From Octopus bimaculoides (lineage: Eukaryota), in assembly GCF_001194135.2 (NCBI RefSeq), contig NC_068987.1:78567883-78631882 (forward strand): 64,000 nucleotides of DNA, read 5' to 3'. A program made the position numbers and the translations under genes. Below are positions 25,682 to 40,435 of this stretch, piece by piece (within the stretch, counting starts at the first letter, position 1; each line of letters opens with the position of its first letter). Under the pieces are notes generated by a model, which was not told the origin of the DNA, searched no databases, and saw only the letters and a list, made by a program, of their open reading frames with translations.

Positions 25682-27045
25682 ATGAGGATGAGGAGTAGAT
25701 GCAAGATCAGATATTTTGGAGAGGATATGGAGTAGTCGATTAATTAACTTGGCTTCTTCACTGGTATTTAATTATCAATTCATGGATGAAAGACATTTCA
25801 GTTGTTACTAACCATTCTCCCCCTTCCTTTGACTGTTTGCAGAAGTGAATTATCTTATACATCCTTCCTGTGTCAAGGAGTATACCATCTTTGCGGTAAC
25901 ATGAATTTAGCTGATACTTCTAGCACGATGAGAGGCCAGACAAATGTTTTAGCGTTTGCTCAGAGTCTACATATCTTCGCGAAAGCATGGCGGCATATTA
26001 GATGAATGTTATTCTAAAACTTGGCTCCTTTTAATCAGTAACATTGTTTCTTAAAGAGAAAAAAATGTTTAGCGTTTCATTTTTCGCGGGGCATTATATC
26101 CAAGGGAAACAAAATCTATTGGTGAGTGTAAAATAACATTTCTCTGGTTGCCCCTTCAGAAGATAATTTGCTTTCTTTATAATTATTCGATGATAATATA
26201 GAAAACAAAGTCACTAAAGTGTTGTTAAAGAATAAGGAATTGGTTAGTCATTCAACTATAGCCGATGGATACGCCCAGTGTCAAATAAATGAAAGCAGAT
26301 TTCTTTTTTTTTTGTGTGTGTGTATAGTCTCACTAAAATGAACTGCTTAAGGGTAATTGCTAAAGTCTTTCAGATCCGTTTCTAGGCTTTTCCGTCAGTT
26401 AGTGTCAAATATTGCTGCTTTAGGTTTCCTTAAATTCGTCATTCCCTTTCCATGGCTCCCGGTGCGATGCTATCTTGATTTCCGACTGATGAGTTTCTTT
26501 TAGCTTTTTTTTATTGTTTGTTTATTTATGACATGATGAAACCAAGTGCATATTTCTTTATTCCTATATTAAATGACAAAGCAAGCTAACGAAATGAGAA
26601 AATATAAAGAAAACTATTCCTTTCTTTCGCTATTTAGATTTCCTGAAGACCATACCGTAAACGAAAACATGTACCAAATTAAACTTTACTAAAAAACAAA
26701 ACGAAAAGGGAATGAAGAGGAGGTGATGTTCGTAGTTCTTGGTACTTATTTCATTATTTTTCTAGTGTTTACATTTTTATTTCAAAACTGTTTAATATTT
26801 AGTATTAATTACAGACGCATAACAATATTCCTGATCAAATTGCTAAAAGTTTAAATTTGAATTTCAGCTTAAATAGACTTAAATACACTAATAGACTAAA
26901 TAGAACAATACTCACACAAACCTATGTGTATACATAAAGAAGTAAGCATATATAAATATTCAGTTTGTATGAAGCATTATTACACACACACGCACACATG
27001 TATGTGGGTATGTATGTATGTATGTATATATATATGTATATATAA

Positions 27046-27084
<39 letters not shown>

Positions 27085-29683
27085 GGACGTGCTGCCTAAA
27101 TAGGTAAGGTAGGCAGTGCCTACCTTGAATAAAATAGATCTATAGCAACACTTTACTTTTATGGCAAAATATGCACCTAATTCAATAAAATTATGAAAGT
27201 TACTCTGATTATTATGCATAAATTTTGCCAAAACTTGAAAGCAATATTTATTCCACAGCACATTTCAGTTATGTTGATGTTGTTGTTGTTAGTGGTGCTG
27301 GTGTCATTAAACTAGGGTAAAACCTCATAAAACTGTTTAAAAATTTAAAACATCCGATTTGTGACCATCTCGTCTATCTGGGTACCCTGGAATAGCTAAC
27401 AATTGTGACCTTGTAGACATTTAATACGATAAGTTGTGATTTGGAGGATGTAGATTGCCATTTCTAGACGAACAGGTGACCATGAAGAGGATTCATCTTT
27501 GGTTTGGATATGCGTATACTGCAGGGTTGTGCGAGAGGAAAATTGATTTGTCGTAGGATTCAGATCTGCAAAACGAGTTGCAAACATTTGAATCAATTCG
27601 TCTGTCCATGAAAACATTCTCCTCACAAGTTATAGACACTCGAAAAAAGTGTCAGGGCTGATGATATGACCTCTAAGTAGGTCACTGAATCAGCGTTTGA
27701 CTACTTCTTGAGTTCATGATCTACTTTGAAAGTGTCCACACCATAATCAAATAAAGTTACTTACAACTCATCTAACTTTTCAATTCAACAACTCCTAACA
27801 AAATATTGATTTCAAATTTTAACACAAGGCCAGCGATTTCGCGGAAGCAAAGTTGACCTCGGCGGCTTTTAAACTAAAAAACGTAACGATGCACGAAATA
27901 CCGCAAAGCATTCTTCCTGGCGCGGTAATGCTTCTACCGGCTCGCTGTCTTACTTCAAACTGTGATATTAATGTTTAATAATAACACCTATCTGCATTTA
28001 GCTTCATTAAATTGTTTTCGGGTAAGAACTCTCTTTGGTATCCAGTTAAAATTCATTCAGTTAAAATCAATAAAATGAGATCAATAGAATAACAGAATAA
28101 TAAAAAAAACAACTATACTACAAATAATTAGCCTAGTACCAGTGTAAGAATGATTATTTCCAAAAAAACAAAAACGAGTTTTTTTTTCGTGACTAAATTG
28201 TTTTACCAGTTTAGCTGTAGTACATTTGAAGATTCAAGTGGAAAAATATAAACCTTACTTTAAAATCAGACCTGATTCTATTTAATCTGATACAATTGTT
28301 TTAGTTAAAGCGACGTATTTTTTTTTTTTGAATAGTTTTAAAGATTTTATTCAGGGATATGCAACGCTGATGTCTATTTACAGTGGAATTATAAGAAAAA
28401 CACCCATTCTGGTAAATGACGAATACTTAAGATGATGGGCAGATTGTTCACTGGGGAAAGAAAAACTAGAAAGATAAACAATAACGAGAAGCAATAAGGC
28501 AAAATAAAAATAATTAAGTATACGATACAGCAAAACTAAAACTAATTTCTTGGAGATGTCAGAGTTTAAAACTTACGTCAAAACTTCAATCCCCCTCGGG
28601 CAAATATTAAAGAAGAAAAATATTCCTTATATTTACGAAGGGTTTACCTTCATGCCGCTGAGAACATTATCCCCAACTCTCTGTTTCTTTTTCCTTTTGC
28701 ATTTGTTTTGCAACTTAAAAGTCGAGGAAATGTGAAATATTTTCGCTATGTTTTAGCAAATTACTTGTTTTGTACTCGATGACATTTGATGCCGTCACGC
28801 ATCATCATTGCCTCAGAATTTATTCTGAGAAGAGTTGCCAGAGGAGGAGAAAAATGACTCCTTTTGCTAATACATGAATTTATCTATACAGATTGTGATG
28901 TAAACATGAGTTTGTCGAATAAGTGAACGAAATAGCAAAACAAAAATTAAAAAAATATATTAGAGAAAATATATGTGAAAAGTTTGACAATATTTTATTT
29001 ATTTATATATTTTCTGTCTCTCTCTCTTTTATGTGAATGAATATATAAATATAAATCTTAAACCAACAGAATAAACAAATAATTTGTTTCCTGAACGAAA
29101 AAAATATTTGCATTTTCTACTTTCTCCATTTAACTTGATACATAGGTGCACATAAACAAAGAAACGTGCACGCATACACTCACGCACACACACGCGCACG
29201 CACACACACATACACACAAAAATCCACAAGCACATACACGGGAACATATTCCAAACATATACTATCAAGGAGTCTGGTCACTCGATCTGCCAGGAATTCC
29301 TGACAAACTTTTCTCATGCACAAAGGTATAAAACATTGTCTATTATAATCCTGAATATCAATTTAGATGGGATGTTTATGGCTGGAATGATGATTTCGAA
29401 AATAGGCTTGCTCGACTTATGTTCATTTCTGAAAATCAAACAGATAACATAAGATTACTTTTTCCTTCTTTTTCCGATTGACTGTCCGTAGCTTTCTTCG
29501 TCTTTGTTAGTTCGTTTCGTTTATCTGTCTGCCTGATTGTCTACTTCTATCCCTGTATAGATAGAGAATAAAAACAAGAATAAATATTAGTAAAAAATTT
29601 ATTAATATATCATAGAATGTTTGGAAGAAAATCGTTTCCCCTTTACGTATATACATGAATATATACATGCATACATACATACA

Positions 29684-29719
<36 letters not shown>

Positions 29720-29744
29720 TATATATAGTTTTTTTCACTCTTAT

Positions 29745-29792
<48 letters not shown>

Positions 29793-32700
29793 TCACTCAC
29801 TCTCACAATCTTGTATACATACATGAACACTCGCATGCATTCACATACATACACAGACATATGTGAATATAATACTATAGATTAATGGGCCGAAATTGCT
29901 TTCACAGTCAGTCCACAGCTGAAGAAATAATTTGGTAGCCTTGGTTATACTTTACCTTGTGTAATTTATTCTTTAGTCTGTGATTAATTTGAAGTCTATT
30001 TGTACATGTCTAAATCTATATGCCTAGATGTGCGGGAATATATATGAATATATATATGTACACACACACGTATGTATGTGTGTGTATATGTATATATACA
30101 CACACAGGTATGTCTATATGGGCACATGCACAGACACACAAGCACACGTACACACATACTCACACACACGCACAAATATATACATATGCATATGCGCACA
30201 TTTAGATGTGCACGCATGTTTGTGTGTGTGTGTTTTTGTTTAAATTTATTCCATTAATTTTAATGACTGCAAGATAGAGAACGCTGTATTGGTTATAGTG
30301 TGAAAAGTATATTTATGGCCAAGATACATACCTATACTTTAGCTTCTACGTGTTGTTCATGGAGAAGCTTGAAGATTGAAAGTAGCCAATAGCCCAATGT
30401 GTATTATTATTTTGCACATAGCTTGTACAAACGGACACATTTTTCATTAGTTGTCGACTGGAGATCTCAAGTATTTCTTCGCCTACCGACTTTATCGTCC
30501 CTTCCAGTGGTATCAAGTGGTAGTGATACAACTAGAGGACACCCGTGTTATATGGGCCACACAATTATCTCCATCCGCCGTGTAGCCGACTTAGCATGCT
30601 GCATGTAATTATATTCACCACAAACAAGTATCAAATATTGTGTTTCACTTCTCATTGATGATTTGCTAATCTCTCTGTGGTTAACTCTTACATACATGTG
30701 AGTAAGCATTTAAAAAAAATTCTTTCTGGAACTCAGGTTCTATTTAGGTTCAGTTTTAGCAAGACATGCCACGGTGGAGCTAGTCTCAAACCCACAGCAT
30801 TTAACCAAAACTGGATGCAATTTACACATTTTTCTCGCGCATTACGCGATTCCCACACTTCTTTACATTTAAGGCGGTTTTACACGGTGGGCTTCTTTTA
30901 GTTTCTCTCTTTCTCTCACAAGGCTTCGGTCGGTTCGGAGGCATAGTGAATTGCCATGGAGTAGAAATAAACTTCAAACCTTTCAGCTGAAAATTTTTCT
31001 GCTTTAAATAATTCTATTTATTAACAGTATAGGTACTTTGACATACTAAATGTTTTAGAAGACACAAAACATAATTACTATGCTTTGACGGCAATAGTTC
31101 TGGTAACCTGGTAGCGGGGCAAATGGCATGACTGGTGGTGTTTTGTTACATCGCTGTTTGTTACGAATTTAAATCCTATTGAAGCCACCTTGGCTTTTCA
31201 TCCTTATGCGTAGAATGTCTTGAGAATCAGTAATACATTGAGAGCAATATAAATCAACTTTCTAAAAACTTCTGCGAATGTATCAGCGTTAGAAATGGAT
31301 AGGTGTCAATACTATACACAAAAATTTGAATATTTCCGGTTTTTATAAATCATTTTCTTAATGCTTTTGAAACTGATTTAATTCATTTAAGACGTACTCA
31401 ATAAACATTTCTTAAGGTAAATGATGATTTAAAGACGGATTAGTGACAAATAATTCATTTTTGTTATTATGAAATAATTTAATTACTTAAATCTGGTATT
31501 GTATTTCATTTCATTCTGCTTACTAAAACCTAGTTTAACTTTTTGCTTCGGCATTTTACCGGATTCAGTTTATGTAGAATAACAGGTAGAACAAAATGCA
31601 TTGATCAGAATAATATTACAGTATTAAACATTGTAACCACAGTCAGTAGCAGAAGAATAAGAATCTCGTTATGTCTTCTGTACTTTCTCGTGAAGAGTTT
31701 CCATTCCTGTTAGATAGCATCATCTTTTGGTTTCGCATGCAGCATTCCACAACCTAAAATTCTTCGTTCTTATATAACTTATATATAAAGAAAAAAGTAA
31801 ATAAATAAATTATGTAAGTAAATATATTACGTTATATGTTGTACATCATGATCAACAGTAAGATACGCCTGAATGTTATTTTAAAAGCAGAGAAAATTTC
31901 GCGTCTTTTCACTTAATGTTTTTCCTGTTTTGCTTATTTGTTTCAACTTTTCAGCTTGTAAGCTTTTGTTTTCGATTGCATGAGAAATTCAATTTTGACA
32001 CGCTAAACATAGCTTGTGGTTACAGATAATCATAATATAAATTCATCTGGTTTTGAAGCCAAAAACCTCCATAATATTTAGATTGGTCAGGCTGCAAAAA
32101 TAAATCGATGGCGGGTTTTTTGGAAGACAAGAAAACATATTTAACCGTAAGCTATTCACAAACTCCTACTGACATCAATGGCAGACGAGAAATATAATCG
32201 TCTCACATATTCGATATGTGACACTAACTTTAGATGTTATCGTCTTCTGAGAGTGTTAAACCGAACATGATGTATAGAGGTGGCCCAGAGCATTAGAAAT
32301 ATTGAAGGCACTAATTTTAACTCGTGAGCATACTGTCTAATGACATTGTCCGGTATCAGTTTTGCTTATCATTACTGTGTGTGAAATGCAGCACACATAA
32401 TCAGTTGCAATCTTTGCACAATTACTGTGAATGTAACGTTGAGTGGAGATATTATTTACCTTTCTTTTGCTGATGCAAATTAGACTACCATGCTTATTCC
32501 ATGTCGTTCAGTCATACAATGAAAGCCACTTAATAGATTGATAATATGGTATCTTCATTTGTTTTCCAAATTCCTTAATCTACGAATATTTTCCACGGGG
32601 CAAATATTTACCGTCTTGAATTGATGTGATATTATTTTCTAGCTCAGCTTACTTACGATAATGAAAGCAACTTCTCGTGTATTAGTTATTTACAAGAAGC

Positions 32701-33585
32701 GGCCAGTTAGCAACCAAATGAAATTGTAGTGCTAGAGTGTCGTCTTGTATATTATAACGTAGGTTTTTATTATTATGTAACCCATAAACATACATATACT
32801 GCCAAGATACGGTTCTATACTCTCTCACACACATTCACACGCAGACACATATACACACACACACTCATACAGGTCCGAACATTTGTGTAAACGAATGAAA
32901 GGGGTCCCAGATTATATGTGTAATGCATATATTACCTAATACATTTATCTGTAGTTTGCGAGCAAATGATTATACCGCGATTACCCTGAATATTACGGAC
33001 ATGTAAACATGTATAATCGCTCAGGTGTCTGCATATCTATATGTATGTATGTATGCATATGTGAATATATACATGCATATATATATATATATATATATAT
33101 ATANNNNNNNNNNNNNNNNNNNNNNNNNNNNNNNNNNNNNNNNNNNNNNNNNNNNNNNNNNNNNNNNNNNNNNNNNNNNNNNNNNNNNNNNNNNNNNNNN
33201 NNNNNNNNNNNNNNNNNNNNNNNNNNNNNNNNNNNNNNNNNNNNNNNNNNNNNNNNNNNNNNNNNNNNNNNNNNNNNNNNNNNNNNNNNNNNNNNNNNNN
33301 NNNNNNNNNNNNNNNNNNNNNNNNNNNNNNNNNNNNNNNNNNNNNNNNNNNNNNNNNNNNNNNNNNNNNNNNNNNNNNNNNNNNNNNNNNNNNNNNNNNN
33401 NNNNNNNNNNNNNNNNNNNNNNNNNNNNNNNNNNNNNNNNNNNNNNNNNNNNNNNNNNNNNNNNNNNNNNNNNNNNNNNNNNNNNNNNNNNNNNNNNNNN
33501 NNNNNNNNNNNNNNNNNNNNNNNNNNNNNNNNNNNNNNNNNNNNNNNNNNNNNNNNNNNNNNNNNNNNNNNNNNNNNNNNNNNNN

Positions 33586-33644
<59 letters not shown>

Positions 33645-34010
33645 CGTGTGTGTGTATTAGTTCGTGTATTCTATGGCGCTTCTGTAGTTAAACATTTAAA
33701 TTCTTCTGAAGGAGCTAGATTCTAACAGAGACACCAAGCTCGATCTTTGGAATGTACATACCGAATACAATGTCACATTTTCAACTTGTGAAAAATGTGT
33801 ACAATTTGGTACGTATGTGTGTGTATGTATGTATATTTGTAAATTTATACTTATGTGTTAAAATACCATCATGTATATAGTTTTGCGAGGCATGGTCGTT
33901 GCCAAATGATCTAGCTCCCAGAAAATATGTTTTATCCTCTCACCTAAGAGTTTATAAGATTTACGAATACGATATACATTTCTAATAACTTTGTTGATAT
34001 ATCTACATAC

Positions 34011-34116
34011 CTATGCTAATGGTGATGTATTCACTGAGCAGAATATCAACTTTAGCAAGATTGAGGATTAGACAATTTAGTCTACTTCGACATTGTCGTG
34101 TTACACAACATGTTAA
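34011..34116 (-). CDS. Candidate exon encoding a GPCR ICL1-TM2-like segment
   Basis: TCTTTCCCTAG| acceptor, |GTATGT donor, and a single open frame LTCCVTRQCRSRLNCLILNLAKVDILLSEYITISI(G). Confidence 0.4.
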
Positions 34117-35834
34117 CTAGGGAAAGATGAATGGAAGAAATATCACTAACAGGACTAACATAGCTTAAAGTCGAGGAGTAATTATTGTAATGTATTGGGT
34201 TGTCAGAAAAATTCCTGTTTCCTCCCCGATTTTTAATAGTTTCCAATGCGTTTTGAATTAACTATTTTTTATCGCAGTGCTTTATATAATTTTTGTAGCT
34301 CTAATGTCCATTTAAATTTCCGTTTATTGTTCTTTTGAAATTTGAATACATATTATCACGTTTTAGAAAAAAGTAGAAAGAAGTTGAATGAATTTACGAC
34401 AATCTAATATTTAATCTGAAGCCCTAGTGTATCTAACATCCAACTGAATTTAGATAAACTTATATGAGCAATTATTCAAGGTGTTTAATGCAATTTCTAT
34501 GAGTTTCTGTAATGTGAATGTATCACACCTGAAACCTGGTTTCATTTGATACAATTTACAACATTCCTCACAGTATTTTTACCAGAAGCATCTGTATGGA
34601 GAGATAACGAAGACAATAATTATATACACAAAAATACGGTTGATTGCCGTGTGGTAATATATCACTTATTTATGGATCATTGTTTTTCTATGCTTGGTGA
34701 CTTGAAGCAATGATTGAGTTAAAAAGGAGTTCGGTAACTGGTCACTACAGGTACAACATCGACATTCCAGACATTGATGGTTCGGAACCTCGTATAATCT
34801 GGAGAGACACTTCAATTACCTGCAGCCGCCATATTAGTTTACCAGTACTGTACACTAGTTAGTACTTTGAACACTACGGTATCAACAAGAGTTTATCATT
34901 CATATTAAAATACAGGTACCTGCATGTGATTTATTTATTTGACTGAAATTAATATAGTTTAGTTTAGAGAATGGTGACAAAGTGACCACGCATGGTCCTG
35001 AAAAAAAATTCAGTTCTTCGAAGAGGTTTATGAATCAAATCTTCGTGAATAACGAAGTTGTACATATACTAGCCTTATGTTAAGAACTCGTTACTTTCTT
35101 CCACATGATCAATACGAAGAACTGCAAATCAACTGTACATGATACATAATATTAGAAGCATTAATAAGATATCTACTCTTCCAAAGGAATCCCGTATAAT
35201 GAAACCGAATTATAATATAAAGCATTTAAATTAAAATTAAATCAAATGTATATTGATTTATTGAATCACTAAATAATTTAAAATCATTAGCTAATTTCTT
35301 TTGAAAAATACCAACAGATATGGAAATGTTCGGTAAATAAAAGCAATTTAGGAAGGATTAAATTATTAGATTTATTTGTTGGTTGAACTTATATATTCTT
35401 TTCTATGTGGTTCGAAGATTTTCCATTTAGTTTATTAAAATTTATGAAAGGAACTGTCTTTGCTCCGAGGGTTTTGTAAACTTCTCATATATATATATAT
35501 ATATATATATANNNNNNNNNNNNNNNNNNNNNNNNNNNNNNNNNNNNNNNNNNNNNNNNNNNNNNNNNNNNNNNNNNNNNNNNNNNNNNNNNNNNNNNNN
35601 NNNNNNNNNNNNNNNNNNNNNNNNNNNNNNNNNNNNNNNNNNNNNNNNNNNNNNNNNNNNNNNNNNNNNNNNNNNNNNNNNNNNNNNNNNNNNNNNNNNN
35701 NNNNNNNNNNNNNNNNNNNNNNNNNNNNNNNNNNNNNNNNNNNNNNNNNNNNNNNNNNNNNNNNNNNNNNNNNNNNNNNNNNNNNNNNNNNNNNNNNNNN
35801 NNNNNNNNNNNNNNNNNNNNNNNNNNNNNNNNNN

Positions 35835-35891
<57 letters not shown>

Positions 35892-35944
35892 ATACAACAT
35901 GCGGTGAATAAATTGTCGTCTAACCTACACAAAAATGAAAATGA

Positions 35945-36250
35945 CACTGACATCTCATTTTAACAGATATATTTACCAAATTAACGTTAAAATATTTTGA
36001 AATACTAATAGCAAATTTATTCAATACACTCGCAATTGGCTTCAACCAGGGTCTCCAGACGACTTTGGATTCTCCTGGAAATCTTCTAGACGGTCTCCTT
36101 GTTTAAATTGATGAATGCTGCCATAATCCTTGTCTTCAGTTTATCTTTGTTGTTACGAGGAATTTTGTTGGTCGCTCGCTCAACTACACCTCACGAAAAC
36201 TCACCAATTTCGTGTCTACAAACGGACAGGAATCTTACTACTGTAATCTT
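35945..36250 (-). mobile_element. Tc1/IS630-type transposase C-terminal fragment
   Basis: GVVERATNKIPRNNKDKLKTRIMAAFINLNKETV*KISRRIQSRLETLVEANCECIE*. Confidence 0.8.
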
Positions 36251-37807
36251 ACATATTGTCTATAGTCTCTATTATTATTATACAAACCCACTCCTTCCTC
36301 CCAATGACATGAACACACAGGTATTTTCCCCTTGCTCATGTTTCTACTGCATCTATCCAAGAAAGAAAAATAATTATTAAAGAACTGTATCATTGTTTTG
36401 TTGATTACATTTTGTTGTATGTTTGGATTTAAGTGGCATTCCCTCAAGTACCTGATAATCGAAAGCTTCTCTCCCGAAAGGCTACGATAAAATACTTATA
36501 AGATATTTTAAAAATTAGCGAAGAAAGCGTCATGCATTCATTACTATATAATACGAATATAATTCGCTAGAACATAATTATTGGTATAAAAATTTCCTTA
36601 ATCGTAAAAAAAAAATACCCAAAACAAAATACTTGGAAATAAAATAATATATTAAATAAATTTTATTATCGAAAAGTGCAACACTTCAATCCTTAGATAT
36701 ATGTGCTTTATCTTCTAATTCTAGTCCACCGTTTATAATGAATGGATGATAAATCTGCATATATTTATTTAGGTTTTTATTTTAGTATTTCACATAATGC
36801 CAAATATGTATCACTGAAATAACTGAATATGTTGTTGAACGATCCTTAGTCATGCTGAAGTGCATGAACTTCTTGCCAGTTCTAAATGTCCATAGACATA
36901 GAAACGCCTCAGGCAATAAGGGTCATAAGAGCTTATAAGAGAATCTTCAAAGAGAACAATGAAATCATCAAAAACCACAATATCGCGCACTTCTTGATCC
37001 GATAAAGCCATTTGAAACCAAACTATAATCATAATAGGTCTCAGTAAGGTATTTACCAAAATTGGTTGGTTTGTTTATCTTTGTAGTTTTTATCTTATTT
37101 CTCACCACATCTTTGTATTGATCATAACGTCATTGCATGTTTGAAATAACTTAGCTTTGATATGGAAAATATAACAAGACAGGAGTGCATCTTGATATGA
37201 ATGTTATTTGATATAATACAGTCGTATGCACGTGAAATGTCACAACTGAAAAAGAGAATATCTCATTGATACCTACTTATATATATCCAAAGTGACACTG
37301 GTGTTTATTCATCTGCTGACAAGAAGTTTTTCTGAACCTGATTTATAGATCTAAGGACGGACAGCATTTTCCTCTATACTGTACCGTGATTAAGTATCAT
37401 AATAGGCTAAACTTGTCATCTCTTCTGCATCTTTCATAATTTCGTATAAGGGTAATAGCACTTACCTTCTTAGCTTGTTAAAAGAAATTTCTTTCCATTA
37501 ACACACTTCATAAAATTGGATTGAAATCCCTTGTTTAATACGATATAATGTATAATTTTTCACACACACACACACATTTATGTGTACATGTATACATATA
37601 TATANNNNNNNNNNNNNNNNNNNNNNNNNNNNNNNNNNNNNNNNNNNNNNNNNNNNNNNNNNNNNNNNNNNNNNNNNNNNNNNNNNNNNNNNNNNNNNNN
37701 NNNNNNNNNNNNNNNNNNNNNNNNNNNNNNNNNNNNNNNNNNNNNNNNNNNNNNNNNNNNNNNNNNNNNNNNNNNNNNNNNNNNNNNNNNNNNNNNNNNN
37801 NNNNNNN

Positions 37808-37846
<39 letters not shown>

Positions 37847-38689
37847 TTGTATAAATACACACATGGCACGCATCACATACACACACATATGCGTATATGC
37901 ATATATATATGTATATTACATGCATACACATACAAGCGTACTGTGGTGAGCTGAATTGGATATTTTGTCAAACAAATGTGTTATCGTAAAGGAAAACAGC
38001 AATGTAAATCATTCAATAACGTTAATCAAAATTTTTCTCGAAAGACGCAAGGGTGAGAACTTCTGAAATTTGAACTGATGTAAAAAGAAATGAAAATACA
38101 CATTGAAATATACCGCGTCAGCCATTTTAGATCTAACATTCTGGTATGATATAAAGTCATTAAACATCATTTTCTACCTCCAATATTAATTAATGAAGAT
38201 CTGAAATTAAGCATGCCTACATTTTATACTATCTAACCATTCGAATATTTTCACTTTATTTTCATACAAAAAGTATATCGTCTAATTCTTTTGAGGCCTT
38301 CTTAAATGTCTTTTCGCTATGGTTTTCTGGTGAGACGTAATAAAACCGATATATGTTATGTTCAATGCAATAAAAAAAAAAATGTTTTTAAACGAAAAAG
38401 AAAAAGACGCATTTTGCCAGCAGAGCCACTCAAATTTTCTTGAATTATAATTTCGCAAGTTCTATTCCTTGCAAATATCGAAAACAATTTTCGTCAGAGT
38501 CAATGATATTTCTTCACACGACAGATATGATTTCAATTCATTAATGTTATCTTTGGTTTACTACCATATTTTCTCTTAGCTTAGTCAGGAGAGTAAATTC
38601 TCTTATCTAAAATTTCATATACGAGAAAATATCGAGAAATTTCCTAATGCATGTCTCTTAATGTATGTATGTCTTTTCTATTTTTTAAA

Positions 38690-39850
38690 AATTATTATAA
38701 ATCTTCCACTGAGGAGGGAGCCGGTTTCCAACAAAGATACAAGGCTCTATCTTTGGGATGTAGTTAACACAGACAAATTCACACTTGGAACTTGTGAAAA
38801 GTCTTGCATATGTTTACTGTTCCACTCACAGATTGGATTTGTAATATATGAGTCAGCCGGTCACTTTCTGTTTCTGAATATCCCAGTTTATCCAGATTCT
38901 CCTTTAAACACTTACAAACAAAATCTTGTGCTCCAATTATTATTGGTATGAATATGAATTCATAGTCTGGATATAGAAACTGGAGTTTTCGAAATTGTCC
39001 ATAGATAACCCCTTTTTCTTTGATTTTCAAAGAGATATTTATGTCTGCAGGGCAGCTAACCTCTATGAAGGTACATACCTTTGACCCTTTTCTCAAACAA
39101 CAATATCCGTCCTGTTATGCTTACATTTGACAGAAGTTTCGATGGGAATATTCCACCAGTATTCCTTGAGTTGGTGTTTGTGAATGGATTCCATAACAGA
39201 GGGATTTTCTAAGTTTACTTCAAGGCAGACTTTTTTGCGGACGGCATTGTAAATTGTTTTAGCAACAACATCGTGCCGCACTTGTTCTGGTTCATGTTCC
39301 CACTATTTCCATGTTCTGTTCAGGCCTTACTTCTCACATAGCCTCCAGTGGACGAACTTAGCCGTGTTATCGTGTCTCCTTTAGTAGTGCTCTTGAGCGT
39401 GCTTGCTACACTCACTTACAATATGTGAGTTTCTTTCGTTTCTCCTGCCACACATCCTATAAAGTGGTGATTCGCTATTCTTATAGATTTGGAACTTGGA
39501 GTAATTAGTTCCCAGAGATTGTTCCTGGGCGCGGCATATCAATGCCTCAGTGTATCCTTTCAGGCAACTTTTTCAATAGCCATCTCCAAGTGTTAATCTT
39601 GTCTTTTCCATCGATTTCTCTGTGGTATTGACCATGCAGTGGTTTCATTTTCCACTTGTTTATTCATCCTTCTTCATCTTGTTTCTTAAATGTTTGTGAG
39701 TGCATCACCTTTAGTCGAACAAATCGACCCCAGGACTTATTCTTTGTAAGCCAAGTACTTATTCTATCGGTCTCAAATTATAAACAGCAATGGTGATAGA
39801 CTATCACCTTGAAATATACCTCTCTTGATATTAATCGTCGCCAAAAATTT
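38690..39850 (-). mobile_element. R4/Dong-like LINE 3' part (Zn knuckle and restriction-like endonuclease)
   Basis: RHDVVAKTIYNAV..YWWNIPIETSVKCKHNRTDIVV..FIEVSCPADINI..IPIIIGA..SGTVNICKTF; 3'UTR ends in ATAATAAT. A SINE-B tail piece lies at about 39712-39776. Confidence 0.85.
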
Positions 39851-40392
39851 TCTGCGTGGGATCAACTAAGAATATTTTTTTCATTTCAGTACCATTATCG
39901 GTGTATCTTAATTAATGCTTTCGTAGTTTGGGTTTAACTGCCCTTTTTAGCACGTAAGAACTCCTGTCAAGGGTCTTCTCTCTGTCTATAAATCTTATAT
40001 ATACGAATTCATATGTATGTATTGAATTCGTTTTGGCAATGTCGTTTTTATTTCGAGTAACTTGTACACAAGATATGAACTAAACCAGTTTAATTCATAT
40101 GTTTCTAAATGAATAACGCACGAATTATCTAAAGATCGAGATAAGTTTGTAAGTTATAAGCATCAACCTTCTAGGGCATCAATATCTTTATATGATGTCA
40201 ATCTATATGTTGTAGAGGTATATGCGTATAGAAGAAACATATTATTCGTAAGTGGCGCGTTATTTTTTGAAAAGAAGTAGTGTGAAGATACGTAGCAATG
40301 AAACATATGCAAACGTGAATACATACATTAATATATTTGTGTATGAGTGCGCACAGACAAATAAATGAATGTAGATATTTATNNNNNNNNNN

Positions 40393-40435
<43 letters not shown>

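Noticed and set aside
27655-27695. CTGATGA followed by a TGACCT/AGGTCA hairpin
   Set aside because: No GAAA or NUH in register, so it is a simple hairpin, not a hammerhead.
28351-28407. Possible 57-bp exon GYATLMSIYSGIIRKTPIL; similar AG..GT windows at about 26060-26120 and 40731-40767
   Set aside because: Short open AG..GT windows are expected by chance; no homology and no linking exons.
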